This document shows, piece by piece, positions 12,818 to 26,980 of a DNA stretch of 64,000 nt. How positions within the stretch are numbered: the stretch's first letter is position 1; the number at the start of each line of letters is the position of its first letter. Under the pieces are notes generated by a model. The model did not search any database and was not told the origin of the DNA. It saw only the letters and a program-made list of their open reading frames with translations. The position numbers were made by a program, and so were the translations under genes. Origin of the DNA: Vicugna vicugna (Eukaryota); contig MU058226.1 in assembly GCA_013265495.1 (NCBI GenBank), positions 272,741 to 336,740 of the forward strand. Reading direction: 5' to 3'.

Positions 12818-13299
12818 ATGGCAGACTGAAAAATGATCCCCTAAAAGATATCCACGCCCTAATCCCTGGAACCTGTGAAGGTTATCTTATACAAGGATAA
12901 AGAGGGTCTTTGCAGATGTGATTAAACCAAGGATCTTGAGATGGGGAGATTATCCTGGATTATCTGGATGGGCCCTAAATGCAATCACATATATCATTAC
13001 AAGAGGGAGGCAGAGGAAGATTCAACACACAAGAGGAGGAGGTAGTATGACACAGAGGCAGAGATGTGAGTGATGTGGCCGCAAGTCAAGTTGTGCCAAC
13101 AGCCACCAGAAGCTGGAAGAGAAAAGAAACAGATTCTCCCCTAGGGTCTCTTTAGGGGCAAAGGCCTGTGGACACCTTAATTTTTTGCCCAGTGAAACTG
13201 TCAAACTGCTGGCCCTCAGAAGTGTGAAGGAATAAATATCCATTGTTTTAAACCACCTAGTTTGTAGTAATTTGTTACAGCAGCTACAGGCAATGAATA
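12818..13299 (+). mobile_element. MaLR LTR (MLT1D/E-like)
   Basis: Characteristic CTAATCCCTGGAACCTGTGAA, TTTGCAGATGTGATTAA, GATTATCCTGGATTATCTGGATGGGCCC, TTTGTTACAGCAGC motifs. Confidence 0.8.
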
Positions 13300-13954
13300 G
13301 TTAGCAGCATTCAAGAAGTATTGTTGCCCAAACCAGGTAACCAGAATTTAACTAGGCCTTTAGGTATAACTTCCAGGTTAAAGAAAGTGCAGAAAGTTAA
13401 GGAACAAGTTAAAAAATACCAAGAGGGGACAGTTAGACAAAGCCAGTATGTGTGGAACATTCTACAAGACAACTGGCCCAGTCTCTTCAAAAGAGCATTG
13501 TCACAGAAAGAAGGGGATTGTTCTAGAATTGAAAGACTAACCAGCTATAACAGTAAAATAAAGTGCTTAATCCTTGATTAAATGGATACTGGCTCTTTAA
13601 AAGCAAGTACCATAAAAGACATTTTGGGAACAACTGAAAAAAATCTGAGTATCGATTAATATTAGAAATTGTTAATTTTCTTAGGTATGATAATAGTGTT
13701 GTGTATATGCAGACGAAAGTCCTTAGAGGGGATATGCATGCTGAAATATTTAAACATAAAATGTCATGATCTCTATAATTCACATTGAAATGATCCTGAC
13801 ATATATTTTTAATATTTATATGCATGTATATATAAATATATATACACATATATTTTTGCCATTTGCCATATTTTCAAATATGTTAAAATGACAATTGTTG
13901 GATGAGGTGGTGGGTATGTGGGTGTTTATAATATTTTTATTTTACAAGTCTCAT

Positions 13955-14112
13955 GGGGGAGGGCATAGCTCAGTGGTAGAGCGCATGCCTAGCATGCACA
14001 AGGTCCTGAATTCAATCCCCAGTACCTCCATTAAAAAGTAAATAAAGATAAATAAGCCTAATTACCTCCCCCCTAAAAACAAAACCAAACAAAATAAAAA
14101 ATATAAGTTTAA
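13955..14112 (+). mobile_element. tRNA-Ala-derived SINE (Vic-1 type)
   Basis: GGGGGAGGGCATAGCTCAGTGGTAGAGCGCATGCCTAGC... with CCTAATTACCTCCCCCC tail. Confidence 0.8.
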
Positions 14113-14224
14113 AAAGCAATATTTTATAATTTCTCAGCCTCCTTTGGAAGAAATCAACCCAGTGTGGAACGCAGCCTCTCCCTGTGTACTTCAGGGTGGT
14201 ACCTGCCATTGTTGCAAAGCCCTT

Positions 14225-14351
14225 TATTTTTTTGTTTTTGTTTGGAAGGGATAGATAATTAGGTTTATTTATTAAATGTTGGTACTGGGGATTGAACCCA
14301 AGACCTCATTCTTGCTCAGCATGTGCTCTACCGCTGAACTATACCCTCCCC
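14225..14351 (-). mobile_element. tRNA-Ala-derived SINE (Vic-1 type)
   Basis: Antisense tRNA-like head and A-rich tail. Confidence 0.75.
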
Positions 14352-14615
14352 GCTGTAAGGCTCTTTAAAGACAGCTCCTGCTCCCAGTTTGGTACCTATC
14401 AGCACATAAAGGGGATGAATTATTGGCTGACACCTTTATCTTCACTATAGTGAGAATTTAATGCTTTAATGACAGTCTGAAATGTGGCCCATTTCCACCT
14501 GAGTTTCATCAGGGGGCAACAAAATTTAGTATTTTAAGAGTCAGCAGGTTCTTTAGCCCTTAGGATAATCTGTGTCCTTACTCTTTGGGAAATAACAAAA
14601 TTGAAAGACAATCAT

Positions 14616-14706
14616 GGGAGAGGGTGGGTACAGCTCAGTGGTGGAGGGCTTGCTTAGCATGCATGAAGTCCTGGGTTCAATCCCTGGTACCTCCATTAAA
14701 GAAAAA
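14616..14706 (+). mobile_element. tRNA-Ala-derived SINE (Vic-1 type) with clear target-site duplication
   Basis: Flanked by AAAGACAATCATGGGA direct repeats (~14604-14619 and ~14704-14719). Confidence 0.8.
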
Positions 14707-15548
14707 GACAATCATGGGAAAGGATGAGAACGCATGAGAAAGTACTACGATAAAGTAACAGATGGCCACAGATGCCACTGGGCAGAGCTAACGATGGGCC
14801 TGGGGCTGTTGTGGCTGCAGCATCAGAACCAACCAGCAAGGTGAGGGCGGCTCTAGCGATGCCAAATGTTGGGGCATCTCATTCCATCCTTCACTTCAAC
14901 TCCCTTTTCATATTATTCATCTGTTTTCTCTGCTCCACATCATGGATGATTTCTTCCAATTCACTAATTCTCTATCCAGTTGGTCTGTTATTTCACCTTT
15001 TTGTGTGTTTGTACTTCTTGTGTATTTGTTTAGCTCAATTCTAGAATTGCTGTTTCCCTTTCAAATCCATCTGCTCCATAATGCCCTGTTTACGTACAGT
15101 GGATTGCATTCTCTTTCTCTTTGAGTATCTTTGGTTTCTTAGCTGTAAAGTCACCTGTGACTGTACCTGCTGATTTGTTCTCCTGGGGGTGGACGGTTTG
15201 TTTTTATTCTGGCTCATCTTGGAAACGGTTGTGCTCCATGTGTGAGCGCTGGAGTCTGGAGTCACTAGGGGTGACTTAGCTTTTGCCTGTCCTTTTGCTC
15301 AGCCTTTTGGGATTCACAGGTCTCAAACCTTGGTTGGTTTGTTTTGTTTAGGGTTTTTCTCCCCCACCCCCACCCCCGCAGGGAAGATGAGACTAATATG
15401 TTCTTCACTGCTTAAACCTTTTGCATGGGAAGGAAAAAAACAACCACTGTAGACTAATTCTTTTAATGACAAATGTAAATTAAAATTTTTGCAACTCATA
15501 TGAGAAAAAAAGTCTAAGGTTCCTAGTACAAAAAGAGCACCTAGTTGT

Positions 15549-15678
15549 GGGGACAGTATAGCTCAATTGGTAGAGCCCATGTCTAGCATGCACAAGGTCC
15601 TGGGTTCAATCCCCAGTACCTCCTCTAAAAAATAAATAAAACGTAATTACCCCTGGCAAAAAAATAAATAAATAAAAA
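15549..15678 (+). mobile_element. tRNA-Ala-derived SINE (Vic-1 type)
   Basis: GTATAGCTCAATTGGTAGAGCCCATGTCTAGCATGCACAAGGTCCTGGGTTCAATCCCCAGTACCTCC plus tail. Confidence 0.8.
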
Positions 15679-18600
15679 GCACCTGGAAATAGGAAGAAAG
15701 AACCCAACAGAAAATATGTGAGAGACATTTACAGAAAGCATCTCTGAAATACTATTTCCACCCACTGAATTTGCAAAAATCCTAATGTTTTATACCACAC
15801 CCGGTTGGCTAGTCTGTGGAGACACTGTTGAACATGGCTGGTGGGGATGTAAATTGGTATTTCCATTATTATGGAGGGGAATGCGGCCTATCTATGAAGA
15901 ATTACAAATGCACAATTCCACTGCTGAGAATGTCCACTATGGCTGCAGGCAAGCAAAAAGGACACACGTAGGAGATTACTCATTCCAACAGTTTCCAAAC
16001 CTTGTTTTTTAACTTACTAAGAAATAATTCAGGAATACTAAAATATGAAGAATTATACAATGACCTCCCGTGGAGTCCTTGACTATATCGCTCTCCCTCC
16101 CAACCCCATCAGTCTGGGTAACTACTATGTTGAATTTAGCATTTAGCAATCCTATGCACTTCTTTTTGCTGTTACTATTATGATACTGAATTCTAGGCAA
16201 TACATTGTTTAGCTTGAAATGTTTTAAAACATTACTATTTTCCTGTGATTTGCCCTTTTTCTTCACATTGAGATTAATCCACGATAGTACATTAGCCATA
16301 CCACTGCTGCATGTAACACAATGCTGCTCTATAAAGTATATTTTATGAATATACCACAATTTGCCCACTTCCCTGTTGGAGAACACTTGGATTGTTTCCC
16401 CTTTTTCTCCCCTATTACAAACAGTACCATCAAGGACTTCCCTGTCCAATAACCCTTACATACGCATGTGAGTTTGTTTAGGGTATATTACCATAAGTGG
16501 AGATGCTGGGTTGAAGACAATACACCACCTCATTTTTATTAGGTGCTGAAAAATTATTTTCCAAAGGGATCCTTTAAAGTTACATTCCCAAAAGCAATGT
16601 CCAAAAGTTTTTATTTCTTGGCGCTAGGTTTCTGCACAAACCAAATTATATCCACAAGCCATTGGAGGCTGTTGCAGTCACATAGGTTAGCGATGCAAAT
16701 TTTAGTGTTAAGGTAGCGCCAGCATGATTTGCTGACAAATTGGACGTAGTAGGTGTGAACAAGAGTCCAACAGACTGCAGGGGTCCTGGCACAGCAGCTG
16801 GCAGGGTAGAGGTATTGTTCGGGAGGAGACTGCACACTGGCCAGTTGCTGAGGATTGCAGGGATGGGAGGCCAGGCCCTGGGAGGCTCACTGTCTTCAGT
16901 AGCTGAGGTGACAGGCCAGTCTCTGCTTAGACTAACTAGAGAACTGAGATCTGCATGGTGGGTTGGGAGGGGACTGGCTTCTTATGAATTTGCTCCCTTC
17001 CTAGAGCCTAAGGGGTGAATTTAAAAAGACTGCTTTAGGATAGGGGTCTTATCAAATCACTGTCACCCCTGTGGAGAGACTGTGGGGCTCAAGAATGCAG
17101 ACTGGAAAGTGATTCCCAAGCCTAGAATAAAGAAGTTCATGTTACCATCTTTACCATGGTTGTAGCTCAATCTTAGACCCTAAACCTGAAGCTAGCACAA
17201 GGAGGGTCCAAACACCTACAGGAGGACCTGGACCACACAAGTCCAGGTAGAGAATACAGAAGAGACCCTAGGGACAAGATGAAGTCCACCATCTAACAGC
17301 CATGTCAGGGATTAAGGATAGACAAGGTACTGACGAGGTTATCTATGTAAACTAATGTCTAAGCTATTTGGAGTAGTATAATTGTAGCCAATACCTAAAT
17401 AGGTTTACTATGTGGTAGGCAGTTTAGAGTATTTACATATATTTAATCCTAACAACTCTGAGTAGGTACTCAATCCGTTTACAAACAAGGAAATTGTGAT
17501 AGACTAGCTGTAAGTGTTCAGTTTGCTCCCAAATCTTAACCAATCCCCTATACTTCCTATGTGATACGGTCACCCTACAAAAATGCACTAATACAAGTCC
17601 TCATATACACTATTGAGACACCCATTATTCCAACGTTTTTTCAAAAATTAAAATGGACAGAAATGTGCGTGGAAGGGTGAAACCTAAATTAACTACAGGA
17701 ATATATTAAAATACCAAGCAAGTACGTAATTAGCCCCTATTTATGAAGCTCAAAAAGATACAAGACCAAACAGTATTGTTTAGGGATGAATTCAGAGTAC
17801 CAAGAAAAGTCAGAATGATACAGCTACAACTCAGCTGGGTGGTTTCCTCTGCATGGGAGAAAAATTGAATCAAAGGTAGGTTTGCCTCGTTATTGGTAGT
17901 CTTAAAGGTAGGTGGACAGGTACACAAGGGACGTTCACGACACAAGGAAGTTCAATGCTGACTGATACTCCTGATACTGTGATCTTAAGCAAATGATTTA
18001 ACATCCCTGAGCTTTCCCTTCCTTGCCTGCAAAGATAGATGTCTACTTTACAAGGCTGATTTTTTTTAAGGATTCAATAAAGTGAAGCACATAAAAAGCC
18101 TAGCACAGACTGAAGCACTAAATACATGGTGGCTGCTAAGATGATACAGACTCTGACTGGAGAATAGCAATGGGAGCCTGTCTGGTTAGGAGTACCAAAC
18201 AGAGCAATCTCAAAGAGGAAAAAAGGAAAACTGACAAAGGTGATTAAGGAAAATAAAGGTTGGGAAAAAATTTTTGCTGACAAGTGATGGGGACCAAGCT
18301 GGAAATGCTCAGTAGGAAGATGCAGATGAGTGGTTAGGTACATTGTTGCTAAAAAGTATTACCACTGGAATAGTGAGGGCAGGAATGGAGAAACAGGCAC
18401 TCTGAAGGGGCAGATGTTGAAGTGTAAACTGGACAACCTTATGGAACACACATTTTAAATGCCCAAATCCTGCCACTGACATTCTACTTTTGGAAATACA
18501 TTCAACACAACTTCACATGGGTGCAAATCAACAGGGAATCAGCACTGGTATACTACAGCATGACCAGAAATCTAATGCCGCCTAAAACAAACTGGATAAT

Positions 18601-19679
18601 TTATAGTACAGTCTAATAGCAGCATATTCTGTACATGCTGGTAGGGAACCACCTTTGTGATGTTGACAAGGAACAAGAGAGTATGCTTTTCCCCCAAAAA
18701 TTCCTATTACGGTGAAACACACATAAAATTTACCATCTTAACCTTTTTAAGCATACAGCTTGAGAGTAATAAATACATCTATTATACCATTCAACTATCA
18801 CTACCATCCATCCCCATGAATTCCTTTCATCTTGTAAAACCCTCTACCATTTAAACAATAACTCCTCACTCCTCTTTGCCCAGCCCTTGACAACCACCAG
18901 AAGTATATTCTTTTAAAATATACCTGAACAACCTGTTTTCACTAATTTATCAAAAGATAAATTGGATGCCTGTGTTAATGGTATCATGAAACTCTCAAAT
19001 ATAATATTTGGAAATCCTTAACATTAGTGTCAATGTGTAATAAACCTTAGTTTTTTGTACACAGCTGTAAAGGGGTCCAGCTAGACGTCAGCTGTGAGGC
19101 TCACTGACTAGTGGTGAACTTTCACCTCCCTAACCTTTCTGTATCATATTGTTTTCACTGAGACCAATCTATTTTTTATTTGCTTTAAAATATTTTATTG
19201 GAATCCTTTTGATAAAGTACTTAAGACAAAATAAAGGCTGTCTGATATTTAAGTGCCCCAAAATTTCTAGGCAGTTTCCCCTCCTCCAGTAAGCTGACAG
19301 CTGCCTACAAGGGTTACTGCAGGAAAGATGTATGCTTCCTAGGGTCTGTCCAACACCAGATAGGGGACATACTTTGTGTCAGCAAAATCCTGAAATTTCA
19401 TAAAAGCAACACATTAAAAACATGCAAATAGCTGGTATTAAAGCATGAATCTGTCATATATACCGAGAACAAACTAGTGGTTATAAGAGGGAAAGGGGGG
19501 TTGGGTAAAAAGGACCAACTGTATGGTTAACAGGTAGTAAATAGACTTATGATCACTTTCCAATATATGTAAATATCAAATTGTTATGTTATATACCCAA
19601 AGCTAATGCAGTTATGTATCATTTTAAAGAAAAAAGTCTGAGTAGGCAGGGGAGTTGCCACACAGCGTGCAAAGGAGCA

Positions 19680-19758
19680 TGAGTGGATCAGGTGGTTTCA
19701 AAGATCCTCAGAGAAATGCTCAGAGACTCTAGTCCAACCAGGTCATCACTACCACTCA
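19680..19758 (-). ncRNA. C/D-box snoRNA, SNORD52-family paralogue (last intron of SNHG32)
   Basis: Minus strand TGAGTGG-TA-GTGATGA(C)-CCTGGTTGGACTAGAGTCT-CTGA(D')-GCATTTCTC-TGAGGA(C')-TCTTTGAAACCAC-CTGA(D)-T-CCACTCA; 7-bp terminal stem; same D' guide core as SNORD52. Confidence 0.7.
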
Positions 19759-20080
19759 GAATGGAAGAAAAACCAGCAAAGAGACTTACTATAGTACCCG
19801 GGTAGAAGGCATGTGTCTCTCCACTTCTTGTCGCAGCCTGCTGTTGAAGTGGCAGGAACTATTACCTAGGCATCCCAACAGCACTTCTCCAAGAGAATTC
19901 CAAACCTTAGGCCTTCAGTCACCAGGCTAGCCCTCAGTTTCTGTGAAGGGGCACTGACCCTGGCTGGGCTTCCAAAGCTCTCATGCTACAAAGATGAAAA
20001 CAGGACAACTCATGAAAAAAGACAGTTACAGCCCTTCCATTAGCCTTTCTCAGAAATCCAAGTATCCAGGTTCCCCAAAT

Positions 20081-20147
20081 GGGTCAGAAATGAATTTTGA
20101 CATCAGGACCAGCATCAGAGACTCTAGTCTGAGAAATCATCATTCCC
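20081..20147 (-). ncRNA. SNORD52: C/D-box snoRNA SNORD52 (U52)
   Basis: Minus strand GGGAATGATGATTTCTCAGACTAGAGTCTCTGATGCTGGTCCTGATGTCAAAATTCATTTCTGACCC, closely matching recalled human U52; intronic, ~95 nt upstream of a 3' splice site. Confidence 0.92.
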
Positions 20148-20600
20148 AACTTAGAGAGACCTGGATCAATGGAAGCCACCACTGGAAGGGATCTAAAACA
20201 TTCAAAAACAACGGTCCCAGTATAAGGACCTAACATAATTATGAGTTCAGGGCTGGGATGTTCAAGAGGAGAAATGGAAAACAAATTTATAACTGCAGAG
20301 GATAGCGCCAGCTCCACCAGAGGAACCCAGCACGAAGAGAAGTTTGTATTTGAAAAAGGGGTGGAGGAAGCAGGTTTAAGCGGGCTTAGACAAAAATCTG
20401 AAGTTAAAAACATGATCTGGGACAGCCGCTGAGAGCGCCCGCAACCCTAATACTCACCTTTACTCAAGGGTAACACACTGGTGGACGTCTTAAACCCCTA
20501 ATGGAGAAACGACACACGAATAAGTGATCACTAAGGGTTCCTGGACATCAACTTCTCCCCAAGACCAACTACTAGTAATCCCGGCCCGGGGGATAGGGGT

Positions 20601-20663
20601 GTTCAGCGCGCTGCGGTGATGGCGTCAGCGAGACACTCAGAATCACCTGGGTTCATCATCACC
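20601..20663 (-). ncRNA. SNORD48: C/D-box snoRNA SNORD48 (U48)
   Basis: Minus strand GGTGATGATGAACCCAGGTGATTCTGAGTGTCTCGCTGACGCCATCACCGCAGCGCGCTGAAC, closely matching recalled human U48. Confidence 0.92.
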
Positions 20664-20806
20664 TCCGTCCTCCCCCAGTGCGACCGCCATCTCGCACACT
20701 ACACTCACCCCCATGGAGCTGCAGATCCGGCTTCCAGAATCAGGGCCCTGGGAAACAAACAGTCAGCAGAGGCTAGGCTGACTCCAGAGGAGTCCCCCCT
20801 GCCCCA

Positions 20807-20886
20807 GGCTGGGTCAGTTCCAAGCACTGGCGTCACAGAGACATCAGAAACTCTAGTCTGTAATGGCAGTTCATCCTGCTTAGCCC
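20807..20886 (-). ncRNA. Second SNORD52-like C/D-box snoRNA with degenerate box C
   Basis: Minus strand AGGATGA(C, one mismatch)-ACTGCCATTACAGACTAGAGTTT-CTGA(D')-TGTCTCTGTGACGCCAGTGCTTGGAA-CTGA(D); in its own intron ~65 nt upstream of the acceptor at 20748. Confidence 0.55.
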
Positions 20887-22522
20887 GAGAGTGCGGTCCC
20901 TCAATCAGCAGGGCCCCGAGGTACCTGCACGCGGGCAGCTGTGCAAAGATGGCGCAGGGTGCCGCCTTCCTCTAATTCGGGGAAAGGTCCGCAGCACGCT
21001 TGGCACACACCATACAGCTCCCATACCACCTACCCACGACTTCACCGCACAAAGAGAACCAAAAACGCTCGGCCGGGGCTATTTATGGCGGCGTGGGGTC
21101 GGGGGCCTGACGGGCATGGCTGTCTTCTTAGATGCCTGTCTTGATCCGCAGCATTTTTTCCATCGCTCGTCCAAACAAGACTGAAACAAAGTGAAAGAGA
21201 GGCTACGAGTGAATGTTTCACACTCTTCTGGGCAAATATTCGGAGATGTTTTGCGAGTTTTGAAAAACAAAAAACAGGTGACTTGACTGGCCAGGCCGCA
21301 CAAAGTCCCCGGCGCTGTCAGGTGCGCGCGCAACTGAGCGCTCTTCTTGGCGGTTTCTCAGCGAGTCCAGTCCTGTGTTGAGTAATGACCCCCGGACTTC
21401 TCTCTCGTCTTCACTTGTCCCAGGTTGGGTCCAGGTCACTCCGAGGGACTGTCAGCCCGCTCCGTCTAGCCAGCGAAATCTGAAATCGCCTCCTCATTCC
21501 AACCTGCAGACTTGTCAGGCACATTAACTTTCATGCCTCCTTTTTTTTTTGTATTAACTTTATTAAGGTATAGTGAACAAGTATTTAAAATACACAATTT
21601 GGTACATTTAAAAAAATTGTAAGCTTTTAACGTTTACAGTTCAATAGTGTTAACATTTTCATATTGTTGTGCAACCGATCTCCAGAACTTTTTCATCTTG
21701 CAAAACTGAAATTTGTGCCTATAAACAGCTATTCCCCATTTCCCCATGTCCTTTTCATGAGTAGTGCAGTAGTGCATGGCCTGGGACTTGGCCAGAAATG
21801 GTGGAAGTGTTCAGTACACTGTGAATAGCACTGTGAAGTTTCAGGTGGTTGGAAGCAAAACATGTTGGGGTGGAGGGCAACAGGCCCTATTCTCCCTCGG
21901 CTGGTTTTCACTCTCTCAGCAATCTAGTCACTTGCTCTTAATCCATCAACTCATATATTACCCCAGACCCTACTTTCCTGACCCCTTCTGTAACTGTTCA
22001 TTTATGCAGATAGAGTTTGGCGATGTGTGTTGATATCTTTTTCATCTTTTGTGAGAAAGTCCCATCTACCAGGATGATTTGGGAGTTCCGAGTTATGCGA
22101 AATCAGTCTTCTGAGTCACATAATTTAGGCACAGAGAGCACAGAGCAAAATTGGACGAAGGCAATCATGGGTGCAGGAAATGTATCCTTTTATTTTTTTC
22201 TCCTGCAATTATTGTTCAGTCTGCCCTCCCTCCCTCCAAGGCTTCAGGCATCCATCAAAAAGTCTTTTCCAAGAACCCTACAGTATTCACCTGTTTGTTT
22301 GACACATTTCTCAGCTTCCAGGGGTTGAGCCCTTCCTATCATTGATCTTGCAAAGTGATTTTAAGTTTCAAGAAATGTATAGGCGATGACTTCTCATATT
22401 CTGATGCTGCTTTCTAACGAACTACTTCCCTAATGAGAATTCATGAAACTAATTGGGCCAGCCTCAGAAACTCTTTTTTGGCTCATTTTGCTGTTGCTGG
22501 CCACTTCTCTAACCTTTATCAT

Positions 22523-22546
22523 TGCTGCTGCTGCTGCTGCTGCTGC
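22523..22546. repeat. (TGC)8 trinucleotide microsatellite
   Basis: TGCTGCTGC... eight units. Confidence 0.9.
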
Positions 22547-24318
22547 ATCAAAACTTTAAGACCTTTGAAGGCTTCTGGCTCTGGTTCACAGCAGAAAGCC
22601 CGTTGCCACCATCTGCTGCTCCTGGAAGCACTGACATCTTCCTGTCCTTACTCTCCAGTGACCCCATCCCTCTAAAAACAATCAGGAGTAGCCCCTGGTG
22701 CAGTGGTTTTTCCTAAACCTTGGCCGCACATTCAGAACAACCAGGCAGTTTTAATTCTATATGATGCCTTTGCCCAATCCCAGAGACTCTGACTCCTGGG
22801 GGACCTATCCCCGTCAAATGATTTCGGTATACACCATGACTCCAGTGGTTTGAAGTTAAAAGATTAATTCCCTGTACTGCCTGGCAGATTAAATTTTTAA
22901 AAAGTTAAGAAAGCCACCCCCCCCCATTTCTGCTGGTGCAGCAATTAAAACTGCATATACCATATGCTATGATCAGAGGGTATATTATAGTTCACCTATC
23001 TTGTGAGTAAAACCAGCCTTTGGGAACTGGTCCTGGAACCAATATGGTACTTTTTCCTTTGCAAGGTTTCCCACACTTTGTCATTCTTAAAATGTTTTAA
23101 TTTCCCAGAGGGGAAGCATTTATTGAAAAATAACACATGGAACTTTGATTTGGAGTAGATATTCTCAAGTTAAGTTTTTGGAAGAAAGGAGGTTGGGATT
23201 CTATCAGGCTAGAGAAACTCTTCAGGACATTTAACTGCTCAGGTGAGAAGAACCCCAAAGGGAAGGGCTTGTGTGAAAGGAAAGCCCATCTCCTCATCTT
23301 CCCAGCTCTATGCTGCACAGCTTTTATTTCCTCTTTTCATAATTAAATGTGCTATTAAAGTTGCTATTATTTTGAGATTGTCCATTAAAAGGAAAAAGAG
23401 GATACTGATCCTTAAAACTCAGGTAAAATCACCACTTAGATAGGAACCACCCAGGGCCAACCCCCGTGATCAGGTAGTGTGAAAAAACTATGGTTTCAAA
23501 ACCATCTCTTGTTGCTAATTTTGCCCTGGATATAGCTTAAGTGATCACCTCCATGTGCTAACCTATGAAAAATGCTTTAGAATACTTAGGGTAGAGAGTG
23601 GTGTGATGAAAATTACTGAGGATTTTGGGGGTGACTCAAAGAACCAGGTACAGTGCTTAGCCCATCCCTCTTTATTACTACGACCCCAAACTCAGTATCT
23701 CACTTCTCCAGACTCCTGGGTGGGTAACTGCAGCTCGTCATCATGGCTGAAGATGTTGCTTGCCTACAGCCCACTTCTAAGTGAAGCCATTCAAATGCTG
23801 TATTTTACAAGGAGGTGACCTAAACTAAAATACTAAATAATAAACTTGGTCACCCAGGTGGGATTTATAAAACCGAGTATGATTCTGCATCTTATTTACT
23901 GTTTTGCCCACCCCTAAAGTTGCTTAGAACTTACAGAAAAGACTGGAAGACTCACAGGTCAAATGAAAAAGGAATGCTCTGCACATTAGGTGCAAGAGAA
24001 TAAGGAACATGAACCCCTCTTAATACCACCTTTAAACCAACACCAGCCTCTCCTCCCCACAACCCTATTGCAGCCCCCATCCCCACTTTGCCCTGAAACA
24101 AAACCCACCAATCAAAATGGGCACATGGAATTTGTTTTCTGTCACAGATGTAATTTAGCACCTACAATAAAGTCCCTGCACAAATAAACATGGTGATGGC
24201 TCCTAATATGTGAATCTCCCTTCAAAAGCACTGCCCTTTCATGACCTGTGGAATTCAAACATTCCAAAAAGAGTCCATTACCCCTCTCCAAATAAAAGAC
24301 GACACACATATTTCACGT

Positions 24319-24330
24319 TTTATTTTTATT
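24319..24330 (-). terminator. HSPA1B polyadenylation signals (tandem AATAAA)
   Basis: TTTATTTTTATT on + strand, ~315 nt downstream of the stop codon. Confidence 0.7.
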
Positions 24331-24642
24331 CCTTAAGTATACAAATTAAAAATTCCATGAGCTTTGGTGTGTTTACAAAGCAAAAAATAAGAGAGGGTGG
24401 CAGTGTTGATGAGAGAGAGAGAGAGAAAGGAAAGCCACCCTTACAGTACCCACTTATGTGAAAGGCAGAGATATGAACACATTGGTTATAATACAAAGAA
24501 TAAAAAAAAAAAGAAAATTGTATGAAGTTACAACCTAACCTTACAATGAACTGACATAGTAGAGGACTAAAATACAGGCCATCATCAAAATCCTTGGGGT
24601 CTGCTCTATCTCAAACACAAAACAAAGGCAAAAATAAGGCCC

Positions 24643-26568
<1,926 letters not shown>

Positions 26569-26794
26569 GCCTGTGCCCTGCCTTTTCTCCGCCCCGCAAT
26601 GAGCTTCAGACCTGAAAACGGCTGACGGGATCGGTGATGAGGAGCTGAGTCGTTTATGGAGCCTGAAACTGAACGCGCCGGTGTCGTCCGGGGTGGTCCT
26701 CGGAGGCAGTGGGTCTGCCGAAGCTGCGCTCACCGACTACGCCACAAGTCCCCTCAGATTGTAGCTGGCTTGGGGTTTCTCTCAGGGTGGGCGG

Positions 26795-26980
26795 CTCTGT
26801 GTTTATAATTCTTCATGGAGCCCCGCCTTTTTCCTCTTCAGCCAATCACCGAGCTCGGCGGAGCTGCCAGGTCGGGAATTTTCCAGGGGTTTCGCCTCAC
26901 GTCCTGCCCCCTGGCTTTCTGGGACCAATCAGTGCCCTGTGTCCCGCCCCTCCCAGAACTCTCCAGAGTCTTCTCGGATT
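26795..26980 (-). promoter_or_regulatory. HSPA1B heat-shock promoter (TATA, CCAAT, GC boxes, two HSEs)
   Basis: TTATAAA at ~26802-26808, CCAAT at 26842 and ~26926, HSE GGGAATTTTCCAGGGGTTTC ~26874-26893, HSE AGAACTCTCCAGAGTCTTCT ~26955-26974. Confidence 0.85.

Larger units (their letters stand above)
19155..21202 (-). ncRNA. SNHG32: snoRNA host gene SNHG32 (C6orf48 orthologue)
   Basis: Syntenic position downstream of HSPA1B; CpG-rich 5' end with pyrimidine-rich CCTCTCTTTC at ~21202; predicted short exons ~20709-20747, ~20458-20508, ~20235-20292, 19959-19985, ~19790-19865, last exon from 19316; AATAAA at 19194-19199 and 19175-19180; introns contain SNORD48 and SNORD52. Confidence 0.75.

Noticed and set aside
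16611..17018. Overlapping short ORFs suggesting a pseudogene
   Set aside because: Minus strand TCCAATTTGTCAGCAAATCATGCTGGCGCTACCTT resembles an L2 remnant; no recognisable protein
19994..21439. Protein-coding interpretation of C6orf48/SNHG32 ORFs
   Set aside because: ORFs cross predicted introns and snoRNAs, are mostly on the wrong strand and show no recognisable protein
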